The position numbers and the translations under genes were made by a program. The notes under the pieces were generated by a model. It saw nothing but the letters and a program-made list of their open reading frames with translations. It did not search any database and was not told where the DNA came from. A stretch of 63,796 bases of DNA, counting the filler, from Olpidium bornovanus S191 (lineage: Eukaryota; Fungi; Olpidiomycota): NCBI GenBank assembly GCA_017911155.1. It is 33 parts of 33 records of this genome, joined end to end, with 100 filler letters (N's around TTAATTAATTAA, not from the genome) between each part and the next. Parts side by side here need not be neighbours in the genome. Positions count along the whole stretch, not along the records: positions 46,678 to 47,729 come from JAEFCI010012039.1; positions 47,830 to 48,957 come from JAEFCI010013205.1; positions 49,058 to 50,329 come from JAEFCI010009073.1; positions 50,430 to 55,278 come from JAEFCI010009885.1; positions 55,379 to 57,006 come from JAEFCI010004475.1; positions 57,107 to 58,132 come from JAEFCI010012685.1; positions 58,233 to 63,796 come from JAEFCI010000135.1; 26 more parts are not named here. One strand, given 5' to 3'. Shown here one piece after another: positions 47,408 through 60,774 of the stretch. How positions within the stretch are numbered: position 1 is the stretch's first letter; every line of letters starts with the position of its first letter.

Positions 47408-47632
47408 GATTTCCGCCGGTCCACTTTCCTCCGCGCGGCTTGCAAGCGGGTTGGCAGATAGGCCGGAAGCGGGCTGGGCCGGGCGGCCCGTTCGCGGTCG
47501 CCGGTCGCGCGAGGGGCCTTGGACTCCGGAACTGCGGCGGCGGCAGCTCTTCACTGCGGCCGCAAGGGGACGAACACGGACGGAGCGGAGGAGCGGGGGG
47601 GGCTTTGCCAAAAGTGAGCCGGCGCCCCAGGG

Positions 47633-47680
<48 letters not shown>

Positions 47681-47910
47681 CGGCGCGGCCGGGGGGGGGG
47701 GTGGGGGGGGGGGGGGGGGGGGGGGGCGGNNNNNNNNNNNNNNNNNNNNNNNNNNNNNNNNNNNNNNNNNNNNTTAATTAATTAANNNNNNNNNNNNNNN
47801 NNNNNNNNNNNNNNNNNNNNNNNNNNNNNATTTGCCATTTTCAATTGTCCACCCCTTATTTGCCCTTTTGACCCCACCCCCCCTTTAACCCCGACCCCCC
47901 CTTAAACCCG

Positions 47911-47943
<33 letters not shown>

Positions 47944-47959
47944 ACTCTGAATCGCTTTT

Positions 47960-48957
47960 CGCCAGCACAAACATTCAGGGGCTCGCGATGCAGACGCCCT
48001 TGGGTCTGCTGCGCTTGAGCGTCGTCGGGATGGGAGCTACGAATTCTGTGGGCCACGTCTAAGCCGGGCTCAGCGAGATCTTTGGGGCATTTATTCCACA
48101 AGTGACTCTGCCGTTCATCGACGACATGCCGATGCGGGGGGGCTGATATGATCGGCGCAACAAAAGCAAGGTCGCGCCTGGCGTTCGTCGGTTCGTGCGC
48201 GATCATATCAATGACGTGGAGGCGGTTCTTAACCGTGCGATCGAGGTCGGCTTGACGTTCTCGGGCCACAAGTCGACGTTCGGCCTGCGCGAGATCACGG
48301 TTGTCGGGTTCACGTGCGACCACCGGGGGCGGTTGCCGGGGGCCTTGAAGGTCTCTGCGATCGAGCGGATGGGGGCCTGCCGTTCGTTTTCAGAGGTCCG
48401 CCGATTTCTAGGAGCCGTGGGGTTCTACCGGTACTTTATTCCGCACTACGCCGATGTCGCTGAGCCGCTCTACGACCTACTTCAAAAATCGGTTGCGTGG
48501 GCTTGGACCCCTCGCTGCACTGGGGCAATGCGCGATCTCCAGGCGCGGCTGCAATGCGCTCCGGTTCTGCGGCCGATCAGCTACGCGGCCGGGGCCGGGC
48601 AGATCTACCTGACGGTTGACGCCAGTCCGCGCGCGGTGGGGTGGGTTTTCAGTCAAGACCCCGACGGTCAGCACCAGCCGACACGGTTCGGCGTGAAAAC
48701 GCTTCGGGGCGCCCAACGCATATTACGGACAGACGAAGCGGGAGCTACTGGCGGTGAAGGTGGCGTTGTCAGAGCAGAGGCAGTCGGTACTTGGGCGTCA
48801 CGTCGACGTCGAAACCGATTGTCAGGCCCTCTTTGGCATGATGGCGAAGTGTACGACGGCAGACTTGAGCTGCCAAAGGTGGATTGGGTTGGTGCTGGAA
48901 TTTGATGTATCATTTCGACACATCGGGGGGGATTCGAACGTCGTGGCGGATATGCTG
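47960..48957 (+). mobile_element. Degenerate Ty3/Gypsy RT-RNase H fragment, second family
   Basis: MGATNSVGH, LPFIDDMP, GLTFSGHKS, VRRFLGAVGFYRYFIPHYA, LTVDASPRAVG, then after a frameshift YGQTKRELLA, VETDC, NVVADML. Confidence 0.92.
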
Positions 48958-49237
48958 NNNNNNNNNNNNNNNNNNNNNNNNNNNNNNNNNNNNNNNNNNN
49001 NTTAATTAATTAANNNNNNNNNNNNNNNNNNNNNNNNNNNNNNNNNNNNNNNNNNNNCCCCAACCCACTCCACTCCTTTCCCCAAGTCGCCTGGTACTTA
49101 CGGCCGCGTTCACGTTTCGTTGTTTCGATGCCCGCGTTATTCGCTACCATTTCCCCTTCTCCTCCCCGCGCCCCCCCCCGCCCCCCCCCCCTCCCCCCCC
49201 CCCCCCCCCCCTCCCTCCCCCCGAGTCACACACGAAC

Positions 49238-50245
49238 TCTTCTTCTTTTTCCCGACATCTTTGGACGCCTTCAGCTTCTCGTTCGAGAGCGAAGTCAGCG
49301 TGCTGGCCACCTTCCGGATGTCTTCAACCTTCAGCTCTAGGCAGAGCTGCCGGACGAACGAATCGACGAATGACGGGTACAAGCCTGCGCGCTGCAAACG
49401 TGCGCCCGCGCGGGTTGAGACTCCGGCATCAGTTCAAATCTTATTAATTATTTTATTATTCCGTGTTTACGAAATCCGCCTCCGCTTTTCCCCACTCCCC
49501 CCATCCACTCCGTGCCAACGCGGCAGACGCCCTCCCGAGCGCGGCCACCCTCAAACCTCACAGCCCCGATCAATCACCCCGTTCGTTTCTTTCGCGCGGT
49601 CGCACCGCCCGTCAACGCCCGCTCCGCAGCAGACCGGACGGCGCTCTGCCCACCATCTCCCCCCCCCCTCTCTCCCCGCAAATACGATTTCCAACGGACC
49701 TTGTGCTTCCCAATGGCGTCCACGAGAGCCTTCTGGAACTGGTCGAACTGCTCCTTGGTCTTGGGCGCCATCTTCTCCAGCGCAACCTTTTCCGGATCCC
49801 CTGCCTCCTCCACCTTGTCATCCGTGGACACGCCGGAGAAGAGGTCCGTGGCGTTGGCCATGTCGGCTTCGAGCTCCAGCTGGCGCAATCGCTCCTTCCG
49901 AGCCTGCGGGTCCTCGTCCGCTCGTGCAGCCGCCTGAAAGTAGGAGGGGGAAATCACGGTTCATGCGTCGGCTTCCCAGGGTAAGAAAACTCTGCCTCAC
50001 GCCGGGGGCGGCGGTGGAATCGTGGGACATACCCCACACCGCGCGCGCGCACGCACACACTCCCCCTCGCGCCAAAATCGCTTACCGCGGCTTTCCTCTT
50101 CTCGTCCAGCTCCTTCTTTTTCTTCTCCTCCGCCGCCTGGCGCTCGGCCGCCGCCTGGGCCACCGACTTCTTCTTCTTCAAAGCCGGGGCGACCGGCTCT
50201 TTCGGTTTCTCTTCCTCGTCCGAGGATGCGTCCCACTCCTCCTAC
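49238..50245 (-). CDS. HCR1: Translation initiation factor eIF3 subunit J, internal exons
   Basis: EEWDASSDEEE; DPQARKERLRQLELEADMANATDLF; PKTKEQFDQF; YPSFVDSFVRQLC...EDIRKVASTLTSLSNEKLK. Confidence 0.9.
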
Positions 50246-50270
50246 TTTTCCCGCGTCGCCGGCCGTGCAG

Positions 50271-50314
<44 letters not shown>

Positions 50315-50429
50315 CCGCGGGGGGGGGGGNNNNNNNNNNNNNNNNNNNNNNNNNNNNNNNNNNNNNNNNNNNNTTAATTAATTAANNNNNNNNNNNNNNN
50401 NNNNNNNNNNNNNNNNNNNNNNNNNNNNN

Positions 50430-53400
50430 CATGCCCAGGTAGAATAGTATTTCGGCACGGAGCTGACTCGTCGGGTTTGTCCGCTCAGTTCATAGACAAT
50501 CACAGGTACACGGGCTCGCTCATCGGGCTCTGGCTTTGGGTGAATCGCGGCTGCTTACATATCCTGCTTGTGCAGCGGATTCTCAAACGCGTACACCAGC
50601 TTGGAGGTAAACTGCGGGACGTGAAAACGCCGCGCGATTTTGCGGCCGTCGATGCTGATTCCCCGACCTTTTTTGTGTTCCCCTAGAATACGAACTATTA
50701 TTTCGAAGGTGAGGGTAGCACAGTAAAAACTTTGGCCGGCCGCAGACACCTGCCGTCGCTAACTCCAAGCGTGACCTCAGTGGGCCACCAGCATTTGGAA
50801 GATGCGCTCGACAGGTACTACGGCGCGAACAACCGCACCAAAATCCAACGAAAGCGCGCCCATTTCTGACGTCGCGGCGTTTCGTCTGCACAGGTTTGCA
50901 CAGTTTTTTATATCACCGAGGTTCGACCCTGCGACCACGGAACGGGAGATCCACGCCGTGGATTCAGGTTTGTGTTTTATTATTATTATTATTATTATTT
51001 TGCCGCTGTATTTGTTGTCTAAGGCGAAGGATCGCTGACACTGTCTTGTGCGCCTTCGACGACAGAACACAGGAAAAACCTTCAGTCGGATGAATGGAGG
51101 CTCCAGCAATTACACAGGTCCCTATCGCGGCCTGACCACCCGTATTCGAAGTTTGGGACTGGTACGCCAACCGTCGCGTTTCGCCTGCCGAATGTCCGTT
51201 TGATGCTGTTCCTTCTCAGAGCTCGAGTGCCAAATTGGCTCGGCCCCAATGCCCGTTAGGGGACCTTACGACTCTGAAAGAAATCCCGGAGAGGCTTGGA
51301 TTGAACATTCGCGAGGAGCTGCTGAAGTTTTACAGACGATACTACTCGGCCAACGTCATGCGGGCTGCGGTGCTGGGGAGAGGTGAGAGCATCGCCGACG
51401 AAGCCGCCAAATAAGTGACAAACGTAGAGGAGGTATTCCTCTAAGCTTGAGGTGGTGCTCGCGCGACCGCAGAATCGATCGACGACCTGACAAAGCTCGT
51501 GACCGAAAAGTTTGGGCCGATCGTCAACTACAACGTTGACGTGCCGTCTTGGCCAGGGAGTCCATGGGGAAAGGAAGAGGCTCAAGTGCGCCAGGAACAC
51601 AGCGACATTTGTCATCGTCGTCCGTCGAGCTCCAGTTTTTTAATCCCCTCGAATTTATCACCCGTTTCAGAGACTCATACGCGTGAAACCCGTTAAAGAC
51701 CAGCGTAGCTTGGAAATCCAATGGCCGTACCCGGACGAGGAAGAGCACTTCGCGTCACAGCCGTCCCAATACATCGGCCACCTGATCGGGCACGAGGGAC
51801 GGGGCTCCATCTTGTCCCTGTTGAAAAAGAAAGGTTCCGTTGTCTGGCCCAATGAGGAGGGACGCGGGCGAAAACGATAAATTCGCGCGCCGAAGCCGAT
51901 AATCCCAAACTTACGTTTTTTTTGTTTTTTTTTTTTTTTTTTTTTTTTTTACCAGGATGGGCAAACGAGTTGACCGCAGGCCGCATCCACCTTGCGCGGG
52001 GCTTTGACACGTTTTACGTCAGCGTCGAGCTGACGCCGGACGGTTTAGGTGCGACCTCGATCCGCATTTTTCGCAGGCGAACTTCCGGTTTTCGACTCAC
52101 CTTCCCCACCCGCCTCACACCTTTTTTTTGCCCGCCGGCAGAAAACTACGAGAAGATAATCGAGGTTGTTTTCCGTTACATCCACTTAATGAAAAAGAGC
52201 GGAGTGCAGGAACACCTCTTCAATGAGGTACGTTGCGCTCATCAGCCCTGCCATCCATCGAAGACCAGACCGAGGTCGTCAACGGAAAAAAAAAATCCGG
52301 CACACCCAATTCTTCCCCTGTTTCTCTTTTTGTTTTCTTGCGCGTGACGTCCCAGATACGAGACCTCTCCGTGATGGATTTCCGCTTCAAAGAGAAATTT
52401 TACGCCGCGAAATACACGTCCAACCTGGCCAGCCTCCTCCACAAGCCGTGCCCGCCGGAATGGATACTGTCCATGAGCGTCGTGCGCGAGTTCCGCCCGG
52501 ACCTCATCGAGGAGAGCCTGGGCCACCTCAACGGCGAAACCGTCCAGGTCGAACTGGTGAGCAAGGAATGGGCCCCCGAGAAAACGGCGAAGGAGCAGTG
52601 GTACGGCACGGAGTACGCGGTGGAGCCCATCTCCGCGGAGCTCCGAGACCGGATCCGCCGCGCCCTCGCCGGCGGCGGCGCCGAAACGGAGGCCGGCGCG
52701 GAGGAAGACCTGCACCTCCCGCTGTCCAACGCGTTCATTCCCACGAATTTCGAGACGAACAAGTCGCATGTCGGCGAGGTGCGGAAATTTCTTCTTCTCT
52801 CTCTCTCTCCCTTTTTTTTTTTTTTTTTTTTTTATTATCATTATTATTATTTATTGCGGGTCCTCCTCGCTATATTCCCGCGGATTCGGTTGCTTGGCTT
52901 TTTTCCCTCACTTTTGCTCTTTGAACCATGCACGGACAGCCGCGGAAGCGGCCCGACCTTATCAAGTCTACTCAACTCACCCGGCTCTGGCACAAAAAAG
53001 ACGACATTTTTTGGGTCGGTAAACAAAAAAAAATACTTGCTGGCAGGCGGAGGTTTTTATCGCCGCGCCGGCGGCTTCAATGATACCGCCCGGAACGTCT
53101 CAAAACGCGTTCGCAGGTCCCGAAGGGGATAATGAAGTTCCACCTGCGGTCCCCGCTCGCCTACGCGGACGCCCGCACCTGCGTTATGACGAACCTCTTC
53201 GTCGCCCTGTTGCGCGACGCGGTGGCGGAGTTCGCGTACGACGCCGAGGTCGCCGGGCTGCAGTATTCGCTCCAGAGCCACGCCGAGGGCCTCCTGCTGG
53301 ACGTCCGGGGTTTCAACGACAAAATGGCGGCCCTGCTGGAGCGCGTGGCGGGGAAGATGAGGAATTTCGAGGTCGACAGGGAGAGGTTCGTGGTCGTGAA

Positions 53401-54296
53401 GGAAGACGTACGTGCGCGTGCGTGCAAACTATTTCCCCCTTTTGAGGCGGCCGCGTCCCGGTCGAGATGAGGACTGGCACTCGGGTTTGATGCCCCCCCC
53501 CCCCACCCCCTCACGCATTTCGGACGCAGCTCGATCGGTTCTACAAGAACATCGAGCTGGACGCCCCGTTCAGATACGCCGATTTCCATTTGAACTACTC
53601 CACCCACGAGAGGCTGTTCACGCCTGCGGAGAGAATGACCGAATTGCAATGTGAGCCGGGCCGCGGCCTCCGCAGGGACTCGCCGGGTCACCAACGACAC
53701 ATTTTCGCCGTCGTTCGTCAAGATTTTTTTTTTTTTTCCCTCGCTCACGTTCGGAAAACTCGCGCACCGCAAAAGATATTACGGCCGAGGACGTGCAGAC
53801 GCACATCCCGAACCTGTTTTCTCGCGTGCACATTGAAGCCCTGGCCACCGGGAACATCCGGCGGGAGGTTAGAGGGCGGCGGGGGCGTGTTTTTTTTTTG
53901 GCAGGAAAGATAAAAAGATTGTTTTCGGTCCCTTCCCCCGGCTCAAACGCGCGCGCCCCCGCCCGGGGGGACGGGGTTTTTTTTGTTTCTAGGAAGCGCT
54001 CGCGCACGTAGAGACCCTCGAGCGGCTCCTGTCGCCGAAGAGCCTGCCGCGCTCGCAAATCGTGCCGCGCCGCTCGATCGTCCTTCCGAAAGGTCGGCAT
54101 TTTTTTACCCCCGCACCTGTTACGATTTCGTAAACCGCCGCACAGACGGCGAGCGCGGCGCCTGTAAAAAAAAAACGTTATCTCAAAACTCTCCTCGCGA
54201 CAACCAGGCAAAATGTTCTACTACCAAGTGCCTGTTCCGGATAAGGACGAAGTCAATTCTGCCATCGTACGTCGCCGAACGTTCTTCCCGAATCGG

Positions 54297-54351
<55 letters not shown>

Positions 54352-54647
54352 CGCTCGTTCTGCTTATATTACGGATTATCGTGCGCTTCAGATATATTAC
54401 ACGCCCACCGGTGACCGCGGAAACGCGCGGCAGAGAGCGCTTCTCAGCCTTCTGGCGGACGTCACGCGGCAGCCGTTCTTCGACCAGATGCGAACGAAGG
54501 AGAAGCTGGGCTACATCGCGGCCAGCGGCATGCAAAAGCAGAGCACCACGGTGGGCCTGAAGCTCGTCATCCAGAGCGAGCGGGACACCGTCCACCTGGA
54601 GAACAGGATAGAGGCGTTCTTGCGTAACATCGAGGTGCGTCCCGGCG

Positions 54648-54681
<34 letters not shown>

Positions 54682-55278
54682 GGCAACAGTGCGATAGAGA
54701 CGCGTTTCCCTGTCCCCGTTGTTGCCGGATTATTTTACTTTCGGCCGATGCGCCCCCGCGCGCGCGCGCCAGGGAGTGATCGGAAACATGACGGACGCGG
54801 AGTTCCAGCGGCACGTCGATTCGGTGATCCACCGGAAAACGGAGAAGCTCGAAAACATCGTCTCGGAATCGGTCAGGTTCTGGACGAACATCCGGTCCGG
54901 TTACTACGAGTTCGACGCCCGTGAGTCGTCGTCCGCAGGTTTTTTTTTTCCTCCAAAAAAAAAAAAAAAAAAAAAAGGAAGCTCCGGCGAAAACCCGGAT
55001 CGACCGCCCGTCCGGAACTTATTCTCCGCTTATGTTCCCGATGAACCCGCCCGCTTTCCCCCCCCCCCCGCGCTTCCCCAGTCGACAACGAAGTGGAACA
55101 CCTGAGGAACGTGACCAGGGGCGAACTCCGCGGGTTTTTCTTGGAGCGCGTGCACCCGGACTCGGCCGCCAGGAGCAAATTCTCGGTGCACGTCCGCTCG
55201 CAGCGCGCGCCCCGGGCGCGAAATCCCGAACGCGGGGCCGCCGCGGCGGTCGACGCGGCCGGGCTGCCGTCGCGCATG
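50430..55278 (+). CDS. STE23: Insulysin/insulin-degrading enzyme (M16A, Ste23-like), many exons; HXXEH motif lies upstream of the contig
   Basis: SNAYTS, NTNYYFE, DALDRFAQFFISP, REIHAVDSE, HPYSKFGTG, YYSANVM, HLIGHEGRGSILSLLK, EQWYGTEY, LWHKKDDIFWVPK, QMRTKEKLGY, FWTNIRSGYYEF. Confidence 0.97.
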
Positions 55279-55580
55279 NNNNNNNNNNNNNNNNNNNNNN
55301 NNNNNNNNNNNNNNNNNNNNNNTTAATTAATTAANNNNNNNNNNNNNNNNNNNNNNNNNNNNNNNNNNNNNNNNNNNNAAGAAAAAAAAAACAAAAAAAG
55401 AAAAGAAAGAAAGAAAAAAACAAGCGCATCATTGGGCGTCAGTGCGAAGTTTGTCGTCCGCTGAGGTTTCCTGAGAACAAAAGCCGCACACAAACAAACA
55501 AAACAACAACAACAAAAAAAACAAAACCAAAAATGTGGTCACAAAACTTCGTTTCGTTTTCGCTCCCGTAGAAAACTCAC

Positions 55581-56929
55581 CAGATTGAACCTGTCGATAA
55601 GGGCCAGCACACCTGTGCCGCTGGCGGGCGCGCCGCCCCTGGCTCGGTGCCTGTGGCACGGCTCGTCGCTTCCGACCCTGCGGCCCTTGGTCCAGGTGAC
55701 CTCGACGAGCTCGTCCCACTGGATTCCGCGGATGTTGCGTTGCTCGATGATGCAAAACTGCTGGGCCAGGAGTTCGGACCGGTGGTCGAGGATGAAGGAT
55801 CGGTACCCGGAGCTGCCGAATGGCAGGGCGTGCGACAGCGCCGTCGGGAAGACGTCGTGCAGTGCGGCGGCGGCGGCAGCGGACGACGGCGAAGTCGTCG
55901 CCAGCGCCGCCCCGCCGGACGCGCCGGCGTAAGGCGCCGGAGTTAGCAGGACCGTGCCCCGGTTGAAGATCGCCAGCGGGCACCCCGGGGCGTGTTCCCG
56001 GCGCCTGGCGCCGGCCGGGTTCGCGAGGACGGCGTGGAGGCCGTTCATCTTCCGCTGTTCGGCGGGCGACCCCGGCGCGGACTGCCTGTCCGGCGCCGTG
56101 CGCGGCTCGCACGTGCAGTCGAGCTCGCCTCCCGGGCCGCCGAGCCCTGTGACCAGCGAGTTGTACACCTCGGGGATCTTTTTCCGCAGGTTGGCCAGCC
56201 CGAAGGTCATGCGCAGCGTCCAGGCGTTGGGGTCTCCGCTGTAGTGCTGGTGCTGCGGAGCGGCGCCGCCCACCGCGCGGTCCCTCACGCCCTGCATCGC
56301 GCTGCCGATCGACGTGTCCGACAAGAACCTGGCGTGGCCCATTGGCCGAAAACTGGTCGTGCGCCCTGGGACGGACGGCGACGTCCGCCGGTTCTGCGAG
56401 TTCGCGTGGCTCGACGAGTAAAGCGCCGCGGACTCTAGGTCGGTCGCGGAGGCCGAGGCTACCGGCGACCGCGTTTCCGGCGTTGCCGTGAGGAAATCCT
56501 GGTGGATGTCGCCCAGCATCGGCGTGGCCATCATGACGCCGGCCGCTTCGACCTCCTTTCCCTTGGCAAGCTTCTTGCTCTCTCCTTGGTAAGTCCTCCG
56601 AAAACGCCTGACCATGGTCCGCAGAGATCTGATGATCCTCGCGTCTCTCGGCGAGTCCTTCACCACGGGGTGGGAACGGACGCCATTCAGAAAACTGGCA
56701 AGGGTGAACCGCAGCGTTTTGGACTCCAGGAAGTCGTACGCGTAGTACATGGAGAGCCAGTGGCGGAAGGCCACGAACGTCCGCACGCGGACCAGAGCGC
56801 GCGCCTCGTCGCGCGCGGCATCGAGACCAGAAAGCGCCCAGCGGAACCTGAGGATCAGCAGCTTGCACAGGTGCACCGGCGACAAAAAACAGCGGTAAGT
56901 GAAGAAGAAGTCCGTGAGAAAGTTATAGT
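55581..56929 (-). CDS. RasGEF (REM and start of CDC25 domain), Lte1-like, single large exon
   Basis: DYNFLTDFFFTYRCFLSP..LCKLLILRF, VRVRTFVAFRHWL, RSFILDHRSELLAQQFCIIE, IQWDELV, VLALIDRFN. Acceptor at 56931-56930, donor at 55580. Confidence 0.85.
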
Positions 56930-57106
56930 CTACGGGAGGGACACCAAAAGGGGCGGCCATTAGCCGTCCGATATGCAGGCGAAAAGCACACAAACGGATT
57001 GCGGGGNNNNNNNNNNNNNNNNNNNNNNNNNNNNNNNNNNNNNNNNNNNNTTAATTAATTAANNNNNNNNNNNNNNNNNNNNNNNNNNNNNNNNNNNNNN
57101 NNNNNN

Positions 57107-57560
57107 CATGAAGTTCACGTGGGATACGAGGACAGTCACTCGGTAAGTGTTCTGACGAATTGCAGAACTTGCAAGGGTGTTTAGGCTTGGCGGCTGCACG
57201 TTCCCTAGGCAGATCACATCAACCCTTGTGACGATCCGGGCGTGATCTGGGTTTTGGGCCGGGGAAATTGGAATTCTGACCTGAACGTCTACCTTGGTCC
57301 TTGGAACCAGGCTTTACCTGTGTGCTCAATGCCGTAATCTTTGAGCAGTCGAGTGAGGAGCGTGTTAACGCGTCGTACTGGAGTGCTGCAGCCTGGCAGC
57401 CCTGGAGGCTTGTGACGTTTCCAGGGAAGGCTGCAATGGCCCTACGAACGGTGTCGAGATCGAAACGCCTTGGCGGAGCCCTCTTGTCGTCGGGGAGAGT
57501 AGGGCGAAGGGCGATCGATGGGACAGAGGATAGGATGGCAGGTTTCTGAACCGAACCCGC
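57107..57560 (-). pseudogene. Degenerate retrotransposon Gag C-terminus with zinc knuckle
   Basis: CKFCNSSEHLPSDC (CX2CX4HX4C) at 57173-57132. The upstream frame is open except for one TGA. Confidence 0.75.
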
Positions 57561-57910
57561 CGGGGGCTTGCACGTAACAGAAGGGGGGGGGGTTGCGAAA
57601 GGGGGTAGGACGAGGGGAGACGGGACGCTTCTTCTTCGAAGGACACAAAAGAACCAGCGCGCGGATGGACGCTTCTACTCCTGGCCTGATGGCACAAGGA
57701 ACGCTCGAAACTTAACTTCTTCGACTCCGGGCTGCCCAACGGCAGCTTTCGGCTCCGACCCCTCTCCTCCGAATGCCCGACGGCAATTTCGACTTTGCTG
57801 TCTTTTCTTTTGACGTCGAGGGAATTTTTGCGTAGCGGTAGAAGCGTGGACGAAGAAAAGGAAAAAAAAGGGGGGGAAGGAAATTCAAAACAAAAAGAAT
57901 CGAAAGGGAA

Positions 57911-57997
57911 AAGCAATTGATTTAAGCGAAAGGAAATGGCGATCAATTCAAACGAAAGGAAAGCGATCGATTTAAGCGAAAGGCAATCGATCTAAGC
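57911..57997. repeat. Degenerate repeats of about 24 bp, AAGCGATCGATTTAAGCGAAAGG-like, 3-4 copies
   Basis: Units start near 57911, 57935, 57961 and 57984 (partial), upstream of the Gag frame. Confidence 0.7.
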
Positions 57998-58232
57998 AAG
58001 TTGACCCCCCTACGGGAAGGGAAATCGATAGACTTTATCCAATAACAAGGCGCCGATCCAGCGGGCAACCAGTTGGGTGCCGACAACGGTGTCAGAGAGA
58101 CTATCTAAGTACTGAAGAAGAAATCCATCATGNNNNNNNNNNNNNNNNNNNNNNNNNNNNNNNNNNNNNNNNNNNNTTAATTAATTAANNNNNNNNNNNN
58201 NNNNNNNNNNNNNNNNNNNNNNNNNNNNNNNN

Positions 58233-58266
<34 letters not shown>

Positions 58267-59080
58267 GTGCCCGGTGGTTTCTAGGAGAGCTCCGGCGTAG
58301 AGGCCCCCCCCCCCTGGCGCTCTTTTCCTCTCCCGACGGGACGGCACCTTCCTCGCCCCTTCCCCTTTCCTCCTCCTTCCGCCCTCCCTCCCAACTTCCC
58401 TGTTGCCGATTATCGGGAGGTGGGAAGCGGAGGGGTGGCAGATTTCGCAGGAAACTCAGACTCCCTACCTTAAAAGGCGTACGAGTGTTGAAGCTGTACG
58501 GTAGGGACGAGGAGAACCCGGGGGGTATATACGCACACACCCCGTGCCCCACGCCCCGCAAGGGTGCGCGTTGGCATCCTCAGCGCTCGCCTTCCAAACG
58601 GCGTGAGCAGCCGTCGGGAAATCCGAAACATAGTTTTGGTTTGAGCGCGTTCGGTAGTGTGTGCGTTTGTGTGTTCCTGGTCCGGCGGCGTACTTTTTGG
58701 CCGCGCAGTCGAATGTTCCGCGGCTTTTATTTATCTATTTATTTGGGGTTTTGCCGCGCGGCAAGGGGCGCACACGCCGCCCCCCCATGCAGACTCCCCT
58801 TTACCTCCCTCCCGCCCGGCGTTTCGCCTGCCCGCGAAAACTAGGGAAAAATAAATAACGCGGCAAAACGCTGGGCCGGAGAGTTTCCGGCACATTCCTG
58901 GAGAGATTTGTCGCATGGCTCCAAAAGTGCGGAGTGAGAGAGAGATGGAGAGAAAGTGGGGCCGAGGGGCCCGAGCGCAGCCGGGGCGGGACGATTTCGG
59001 TTTTTTTTCTTCTATTTGACCTTTTTCTTTTCCCGGGCGCGCCCTTCGCTCCCGCGCCCCCCCCCCCCCTCCACCGGCAG

Positions 59081-60741
59081 TACGACACGGACTCCGCCGC
59101 GTTCCGCGCGATGAGCGTCCTCGCGCTATGCGTGCTCGCGCCGTCGCTCGTCTCGGCGGCGTGGACGATCTCGTCGATTGTCCGCCGCGGGAGGTACAAC
59201 GGCATCGGCGACAGCGTGAGTCCGGCTCCCAAACCAACCGGCCGTCCCCCCTTGCTTTGTCACCGTGTTTTTCTTGTTTTATTTTTGGTTCCTCGGGGGC
59301 GGCGGCGGCGGCGAAAAGGTCCCCGATCTGACGGCCGGCATTTCGCGCTTTTACCCCCCACCCCCCGTCCCCCAGCTTCCCCTGTACCTCGCCATCTGCG
59401 ACGTAGGGTTCAGCGTGTGCCACTCGATCGGTGCGCGCTCCGCCCGCCCCGTGGTTGGCGGCGGCGGTTTTTTTATTTTTGGCGGCGGCGGGAGGGCCCG
59501 AGCCGCGCTCGGGGAGAGGAGAGAGGAAGAGAGAGGGGCCTGATATGGAATTTCGTTTTTTTTTTTCTCCGCCACCTCACCCCCTCACCACCCTTCCCCC
59601 ACGACACCACCAAACACACGCGCGGCCGGGGCGCGCGCTCGCCGCGGGGGGGGGGGTGTGTGTGTGGGGTGGGTGTGAGCAGATCACACCTACGTCCTGG
59701 CGACGAACGAGTTCCCGCCGCGGCGACTGTGCTCGGCGCTGGGGGCCCTCCTGCAGCTGTGGCTCGGGTCCGGGATCACGATGGCCGCCGTCGCCGCCGT
59801 CACGGTACCCGTTTTTCCTTCTTTTTTTCCTTTTTTTTCTTTTTTTTTTTTTTTTTTTTTTTTTGCCCACCAACCGCGGCTCTAAAACGCGTCTCTGGCA
59901 AAAAAAAAACCCCCCGCGCGGCGGAGGGTGGGGGGACCCGCAGGTCTACGTCCGCGTCTACCGGGGGCGCGAGGTGAACTGGGGCAGGGGGGAGTGGGGA
60001 TTCCTCGCGCTGGCCTTCGGGCTGAACGTCGCGTGCGTCGTCGCCGGGCTCGCGGTCGGTAAGCGGAGAGGGGGGGCGCGGGTGGGGGGGGGTGGTGTGG
60101 TTTTCATCATTATATATATATTTTTTTCAGCCGGGCGGTCCGTGAACGCGCGCCCGGTACGGTCCTCCGAACCTCCGACTCAATGCGATTTTTTTTTTCC
60201 ATTTTTTTGGCGCAGGTGACGTGTTCGGACCCGCGAAGTTCTGGTGCTGTGAGCTTTTTTGTTTTGCTTTTTTTTTTTCTTTCCTTTTTGCTCCACGTCT
60301 CCCTTCCCTTCTCCCCCACCCTCTCCCGCAAGAAGAAAGAAGCGGGCGCTTCCGCGCTCCCCGGGTCGAGGAGAAGCCCGCGCCCGAGGAGAAAACTGCG
60401 CAGCGATGCGCGGCTGACGGAGAAACCCTCCCCCCTCCCCCGTGCGGGGGGTTTTTTTTTTGCCAGACATTGACGCTGGCACGCGGGAGGGCGTGATCTG
60501 CAACGTCGTCTTCAACACGTGAGTTCGACTCGCGCGTCTTTTCGAAAACAAAAAAAAGGAAAAAAAAAAAAAAGAAAAGGAGCGAGCGGGGAAAGCTTTG
60601 CGAATGATTGACTCGAAAACGGGCGGGTTGTGGGGGGTGCCGGGGACGGGCCGGCCGGGGGGGGCCCGGATTTGACGACAGGGTCCCGGTCGCGACGGCG
60701 TTTGTCGCCTGCGCGTTCTGCTATGTGAGCGAAGAGGGGAT

Positions 60742-60774
<33 letters not shown>

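Noticed and set aside
58060-58100. TGGTTGCCCGCTGG on the minus strand as a PBS for the Gag element
   Set aside because: It does not directly follow a clear LTR-terminal CA, and I cannot match it to a specific tRNA 3' end.
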